From positions 73,780,001 through 73,844,000 of the forward strand of contig NC_087444.1 of the NCBI RefSeq assembly GCF_036321535.1: 64,000 nucleotides of DNA, given 5' to 3'. Origin of the DNA: Camelus dromedarius. Its lineage: Eukaryota. Below the pieces are notes generated by a model that was not told the origin of the DNA, searched no databases, and was given only the letters and a program-made list of their open reading frames with translations. Shown in pieces: positions 57,801-64,000 of the stretch; position 1 is the stretch's first letter; every line of letters starts with the position of its first letter. The position numbers were made by a program, and so were the translations under genes.

Positions 57801-60800
57801 AGATCCCATCCTATTTCTAACATTCCTAGAGATATAGTTTGTTATAATCTGTGTCTGACCATGCTCTTTCTTTTAAATGAGTTTATTGAGATAAGATTCA
57901 TATACTAAACAATTTACCCATTTAGAGTGTACAGTTCAGTGGTTTTTTAGTATGTTCACAGGTATGTGCAACCATTATCAAAGTCAACTTTAGAGCATTT
58001 TTATCATCCCCAAAAGAATCACTGGACCCTGTAGCTTCTACCCCACTATTCCCCCAACCCCTGGGAACCTACTTTCTGTCTCTAGATTTGCCTGTTGTGG
58101 ACATTTAGTACAAATGGATTCATACGATATGTAATCTTTTGTGTCTGGCTTCTTCTAGTGTAATCCTGCAGCTTATATCACTAGTTCATTCCTTTTCAGG
58201 GCCAAGTAATATTCCCTTGTCTGGCTCTACCACCATTGGTTTGTCCATTCATCTATTGATGGACATGGGTTATTTGCACCCATTGTCTGTGACGGACCGG
58301 GCTGTTTCACTCATGGTAGCTTTGTGGGGTATTCTGGTACTGTGGGGAAAGTTTTGGCCCATCACTAAGTGTAAGAACAAGCCCACTTTCTTGAGATTTG
58401 CCTTCTGCCTCTCCCTTCATTTCCTGATACCTCGTAAGACTCATGTTACAGATGGGGACCCTGAGCAGATGGTGTTGAGGGTCAGAGAGCTGAGCTTTGT
58501 TTTCCTTCCTATCTGATGTCTTTTATCCATTGACCCAATATGACTTGAGTCCTGCTTTGTGCCAGGTGCTGAGCTGAGTGCTGGGGCTCTAAGGTGACCA
58601 GATAGGCATGGTTTCCTTCGACATAAGCATCCACGCCTTCTCTGTCCTGCTGTTTTAATTACTATAGTTTCAGATTCTGACTTGATCTCTGGTGAATTAA
58701 GTGTTCCCTTGTCACGAATGAGAAAAATCTCTCCTGTCAATTGACTGCTTATTATGTTCCATGTGCTAAGCTGCATACTTCCACTTTTGTCCCTTGGACA
58801 ACTCAGAATATCTCTAGATTCTGACCACTTCCCTCCACAGCTGTTGCTGCCACTTAGGTCCCACGTGGATCAGAGCCGTTGCCTCCTCCCTGGGCTCCCT
58901 GCCACCACCCCTGCTTTTCCCAGTGTTTTCTATTTCCCAGAGAGCAGCCAGTGTTAGCAAATCCCGTAAACACCTCGGTTGGTTTCCTGTGGCCGATAGA
59001 ACAAGTCACCAAACAGTGGCTTAAAACAACAAGCATTCATTCTCTTAACAGTTCAGAGATCAGAAATCAGCGATCAGTTTCACTGGGCAGAAATCAAGGT
59101 GTCAACTGGGCTTCGTTGATTCTGGAGGCTGGGGGGCAGGGAATCTGTGTCCTTAACTTTTCCAGCTTCGAGAGCTGCATTCCATGGCTGAGAGCCTCTT
59201 CAAAGCCAGCAGCATAGCGTTTTCCTTTGGTCATCACCTTGCCTCCTACTGGAGTCAGGTCTCCTGCTGCCTCCCTCTTAGAAGGATTACATTTAACCCC
59301 TCTCCCCCAGATAATCCAGGATCATCTCCCCATCTCAAGATCCTTCATATAATCACAGCTGCAAATTCCCTTTTGCTCCGTGAAGTCGCATATTCACAGA
59401 TTCCAGGGATCTGGATGTGGATGTCAGGGGGAGAGGGGGAGCTGCATGCAACCTATCACAGCACCCAGTTCAAGTCCTGTCCCTCTGCTCAGAATCCACT
59501 ATGAGGGGGAAGGGTATAGCTCAGTGGAAGAGTGCAGGTTTAGCATGCATGAGGTCCTGGGTTCAACCCCCAGGACCACCATTAACTAACTAAATAAATA
59601 AAACCTAGCTACCCTCCCCCCCAAAAAATTTAAAAAAAAATACCCATTATGGCTCCCCAGTGTCCTCAGGATTAAGTCCACCCTTACTGCTACACCCGTC
59701 CCAGCTCCTCCCTTCGCATGTGTGCCCTGTCGCCTGCCCCTCTGGCATTAGCATTTTTAGGGTTGTTACGGAGTACCACACACCAGGTGGCTTAAATAAC
59801 AGACGTTGGTTGGCTCCCAGCTCTGGAGGCCAGAAGTTCAAAATCAAGGTGTTGCCAGGGTTGGTTCCTTCTGAGGACTGTGAGGGAGGCTCTGTTCTGG
59901 GTCTCTGATGAGCAGATGGNNNNNNNNNNNNNNNNNNNNNNNNNNNNNNNNNNNNNNNNNNNNNNNNNNNNNNNNNNNNNNNNNNNNNNNNNNNNNNNNN
60001 NNNNNNNNNNNNNNNNNNNNNNNNNNNNNNNNNNNNNNNNNNNNNNNNNNNNNNNNNNNNNNNNNNNNNNNNNNNNNNNNNNNNNNNNNNNNNNNNNNNN
60101 NNNNNNNNNNNNNNNNNNNNNNNNNNNNNCAGGGCATGAGATTCAACCCAGAACAGAGGTTGAGGGTCACATGCTCTGGAGCCCAATGACTGTGCTAATC
60201 CTCACCCTGCCACTTCCCAGATGGTGACCTGGACACATCACTTCTCTCTGGGCCTCAGTTTTCGCTTCCATAAAATGGGATAATCACAGAACCTATGTTT
60301 AAGATTTCTGTGAAAAGTAAATGCCTTAACATGTTTAATGTGTTTAGATCAGGGCCTGGCATTTAGTAAGTGTTTGATATATGTTGGTTATTATCATGGT
60401 CATTATTATTTTAAGCATCAGACTCAGTTGTGGTATTGCCTCCTCCAAGAAGCCCTTCCTGATTGCCCCAGGCTCATTCAAGCCATTCTCTGGGCCTCCC
60501 CAGTGCCCTCTGTGACCTCCTTTAGAGCATATCCGGCCCAGGATAGGGATTTTGAAAGAAAGAATGTTGCATGAGTTCTTCATTTTTCCCCCCCATCTTC
60601 TCTCTCATCTAGATGTACAGTTGGATCACCTGAGCCTCCTGAAGCAGTTTGAACACCTGGACCCTCAGAATCAGCACACGTTCGAGGCCCGGGACCTGGA
60701 GCTGCTCATCCAGACGGTAGTGTGTCGGGGACCTAGAGGCAGAGGACTGGGGGGAGCTTTGGAGAGGGGGAGAAGAGAGCAGAGCCTGGGGCACGAGCCC

Positions 60801-62838
60801 ACTTACCCTTGCCCAGTGTTCTCCGCGGCCAGCGGCTGCAGAGGGCCAGTATTTTCTAAAAATCCTCCCCAGAGTCTGAGGCCTGAACCTCAGCCAGCTG
60901 TTTTCTGTCCTGCTGGAGCTCCATCTGGTGGCCATGAAGATAATAGCAACCATTTGATTTAATCCTTGCCTGGCCTGGACCTTGATCCCTGTGGGATATT
61001 TTTGCTGCTTATTTCCAGAACACTCCAGAAACTGTCCACTTTCTTCCAGCCCCACTGTCATTCTCCTGGTCTTAACCATTATGTTGAGAGCCGGGCTCCT
61101 TGGTTGTGGGGGCTGTTTGTGCTGTGTGATGTTTAACAGCTTCCCTGGCCTCCACCCGCCTGATGCCAGTAGACTCCCCCAGTTGCGACAACCAACACTG
61201 TCTTCAGATGTCGACAGCTGTCCCCTGGGGGTGGAAGTTACCCCAGGTTTAGAACCCCTGCTGTTCCATCTGTTCCCCATACAACAGCTGTATTGGTTTT
61301 CTGTTGTTGCTGTATAACAAATAAGCACAGACTTAGTAGCTTTAAACAACATGAATGTGTTGCCTTGCAGTGTAGGTCACAAGTCAAGAAGGGTCTTCCT
61401 GGGTGTATTAGTTTCATGCAGCTGCTGTAACAAACTACCACAGACTCAGTGGCTTAAAACAACAAAAAGGTATCCTCTCACCGTTCTGGAGGCCAGAAAT
61501 CCACAACTGGTATCACCAGGCCAAAACCAGGGTTTCCCTAGAGGCATCTGCTTCTTGCCTCTTCCAGCTTCTAGTGGCTGCCAGCATTCCTTGGCTTGTA
61601 GATGCATCACTCCAGTCTCTGCTTCCATCATCACTTGGTATTCTCCCTGTGTCCCTCTGCATCTTCTCTGTAGCCTTTTATAAAGATACCAGTCATTAAA
61701 ATTGGGGCCCACCCTAATCTAGTAGGACCTCATCTTAGCTGATTACATCTGCAAAGGTCCTACTTCCAAGGAAAATCACAATCTGAGGTTCAGGTGCACG
61801 TGAATTCTGGGGGGACACTGTACAACCCAGTATAGTATTATTATCTCCATTTTCCAGAGATGGAAACTGAGGCACAGAGAGACTGAGTAACTTGCGTAGG
61901 GTCACACAGCTAGTGGGATTTGTTTACACGACAAGGCCTGGATTTGAACGCTGGGCAGAATAGTTAGAGGCCTCATGTTCTTTACTACCTAGCTGCACTG
62001 CTTTCTGTATTAAGTCCACCTTGTGTGCTGTTTATTATTTATTCCTCCATGATCTTGAGATGGTGGAGGACTTGAAAGAGGTGAGTTAAAGTTGTCATTG
62101 TTTAACTATCCTAATCTTTTTTGAGCAGAGAGAGAAGGTTATGTGTGATGGGGCAAAAAGTGACATCAGGACATGAGACCCAGCACAGGTGGAAGTTGGG
62201 CCAGATTCAGAGCCAAAGGCCTGGCATTTGGAGGTTGGAATTAGGGGCTGGGCATAGAGGTGAGACAAGAGTGACCGTGTGCCTTTCCCCAGGCCACCCG
62301 GGACCTTGCCCAGTATGACGCAGCCCATCACGAAGAGTTTAAACGCTACGAGATGCTCAAGGAACATGAGAGACGCCGTTATCTAGAGTCACTGGGAGAG
62401 GAGCAGCGAAAGGAGGCAGAGAGGAAGCTGGAAGAGCAACAGCGCCGGCACCGAGAACACCCCAAAGTCAACGTGCCTGTAAGGACCCGCATTCGTGCCC
62501 ACCTCCCACTATGTCCAACTCACCAAGCTCCGGAAGAAAGTAGCTGAAAAACTACAACTCCCAGCAGACTTTGAGGCAAAAGCCTCTTCTGAGGTGTCCA
62601 GCTACCCCCAGGGGCTGCTGGGAGTTGTAGTTTTCTTAGATTGCTTGAAGGGCATGACACTTGAGGGATGGGGGTACAGGGTTCTCTAGCTTTATCCTGT
62701 GGGACCCAGACTTCTTGCTCATGAGCCCCTGGCTCTCCCTTCCACAGGGCAGCCAAGCCCAGTTGAAGGAGGTATGGGAGGAGCTGGATGGATTGGACCC
62801 CAACAGGTTTAACCCCAAGACCTTCTTCATACTGCATG
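51808..62838 (+). CDS. NUCB1: Nucleobindin-1 (calnuc), 5' part (coding exons 2-7), continues beyond the window
   Basis: Exons 51808-51933 (signal peptide, VPLERG), 54507-54614 ([14 protein letters not shown]), 57060-57192, 60613-60716, 62293-62478, 62748-62838 ([30 protein letters not shown]). GT-AG and phases consistent. Confidence 0.97.
53166..53335. mobile_element. MER53-like palindromic hAT MITE
   Basis: TTGCCAGAT...CCCAGTTAAACTTGAATTTCAGATAAAC with mirrored arm TTTATCTGAAATTTAAATTTA. Confidence 0.7.
53385..53824 (+). mobile_element. MaLR solo LTR (MLT1D-like)
   Basis: AATAATGGCCCCCCAAAATGTCCATGCCCTCATCCCCAGAACCTGTGAGTAT...TAAGCCACT...GTGGTAC. Confidence 0.75.
57870..58290 (-). mobile_element. 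L1M 3' end, antisense
   Basis: TTTATTGAGATAAGATTCATATAC...CAACCATTATC...GTCTGGCTTCTT. Confidence 0.7.
58975..59461 (-). mobile_element. MaLR LTR fragment (MLT1)
   Basis: CAGTGGCTTAAAACAACAAGCATT...ATAATCCAGGATCATCTCCCCATCTCAAGATCCTT. Confidence 0.65.
59505..59640 (+). mobile_element. tRNA-derived SINE, Vic-1-like
   Basis: GGGTATAGCTCAGTGG...GGTCCTGGGTTCAACCCCC plus tail. Confidence 0.8.
59920..60129. other. Assembly gap (210 N) inside an MLT-like element in NUCB1 intron 4
   Basis: Run of N. Confidence 1.
61404..61833 (-). mobile_element. MaLR solo LTR (MLT1C-like)
   Basis: TGTATTAGTTTC...GGCTTAAAACAACA...TTCTGGAGGCCAGAAATCC...CATCTGCAAAG. Confidence 0.75.
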
Positions 62839-63626
62839 GTAAGGTGGGGAGGGAGTCCCAAGACCCAGGCTAACTCTGGGGCTCTGACCTTTCTGGGGCC
62901 TGAACGCTAAGAAGGGGCCTCCCTATCTCATGGGGCTTAGGCAGGCCAGAGAGTCTAAGCCCATCTCCTCTGGTGATCTAGAAGGCCCTGTCCCTCCCTG
63001 TTGCTAAGGCTGGGGTCTTCTATGGAAGAGCTGGGCCTTTTTCTGGCATACACTCCACCTCTGGGTTTTAAGGACTGGCTGGTATCCTCTAACTGGGCAA
63101 ACCAGGCTTGGCTAGGCCTAGGCCCCCCTCCCATGGCAGCCTAGAAGCCCTGGTTCCCTCTGGGAGCCCTGTCACTCAGGGCAGGCTGCTCCCTGATAAA
63201 TAGGCCTCCAGGGACCCAGGAAGCCCCTTCTCCAGGGTGGTTCAGAGACACATTTCCCTTCATTCTCTTCCTGTCTGGAAACCTAGCCTGGGCTTGCCAG
63301 ACACCTTCAGGGGTGCCCAGGACCCTGACCCAGAAGCTACAGCCTGTCACCAGAGCTCAGCAGAGCCTGATTCATTCATTCAGCAAATGTTTACTAAGCG
63401 ACCTCTAAGGACCCAGCTTCACAGAGACCCCATGGAAACAGCTGTGGACAAAACAAAGTCCCCCTGCCATTACAGAGCCAGTGATCAGGCAAACAGATAA
63501 TTCTGTATTTCAGTGACTCTCAGTGGCCGTGGAGTGTAAAATACACTTGAATGTTACATAAGCTGTCCATTGAAGTGACACACTATCATGATAAGATGCC
63601 CCCCAATTTCATGGATGATAAAATAC

Positions 63627-63790
63627 AGGGGGTGGGGTATAGCTTAAGTGGTAGAGTGCATGCTTAGCATGCATGAGATCCTGGCTTCAATCCCCGGTAC
63701 CTGCTCTAAAAATTAAAAAAAAAAAAAAAAAAAACCAAAAACTAGTTACCTCCCTACCCCAGAAAATAAGTTAATAAATAATAAAATAAT
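63627..63790 (+). mobile_element. tRNA-derived SINE, Vic-1-like
   Basis: Head plus long poly(A) linker and tail. Confidence 0.8.
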
Positions 63791-63825
63791 AAAATACGGG
63801 GTGGGGGAAGCACATCTTATTTGGA

Positions 63826-64000
63826 AAGGGAGGTAATTAGGTTTATTTATTAATATTTGTTTTGAGGGGGTTTTGGGGGTGGTAATTAGGTTTATTTACT
63901 TATTTAATTTTTTTTCTTTTTAATGGAGGTGCTGGGGATTGACCCCAGGACCTCATGCATGCTAAGCACCCACTCTACCACTGAACTATACCCACCCCCA
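63826..64000 (-). mobile_element. tRNA-derived SINE with duplicated tail motif
   Basis: Two GGTAATTAGGTTTATTT tail copies, then the head at the window edge. Confidence 0.75.

Noticed and set aside
59647-60227. Long ORFs containing X
   Set aside because: Artefacts of the 210-N gap.
60609-61352. 247-aa - strand ORF
   Set aside because: Runs through MLT-like and intronic sequence, antisense to NUCB1 exon 5; non-ATG start and no recognisable protein.

Overview
Mammalian genomic DNA, GC-rich and gene-dense, collinear with human 19q13.33. Gene order: BCAT2 (-, 5' part only), HSD17B14 (-, complete, 270 aa), PLEKHA4 (-, complete, 780 aa), PPP1R15A/GADD34 (+, complete, 617 aa, with its PPG-stop uORF), TULP2 (-, all 12 coding exons found) and NUCB1 (+, 5' part only). 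I located exon boundaries by hand at GT-AG sites, and the phases add up. The tRNA-derived SINE family points to a camelid (inference). The rest is SINE/L1/MaLR/hAT remnants, MSR1-like minisatellites and one 210-N gap. Main observations: (1) TULP2 exon 6 has two in-frame stop codons while all other exons are clean; an in-frame AG 48 nt downstream, a symmetric skippable exon and a CCAAT-rich candidate internal promoter could each rescue a product. (2) ZNF143/THAP11-type ACTACAnnTCCCA motifs recur as convergent pairs spanning 81-84 bp at six loci, mostly intronic, with unrelated spacers. (3) A 124-bp-period triplicated motif unit lies in PLEKHA4 intron 8. Comparisons to human sequences are from memory and need checking by alignment.
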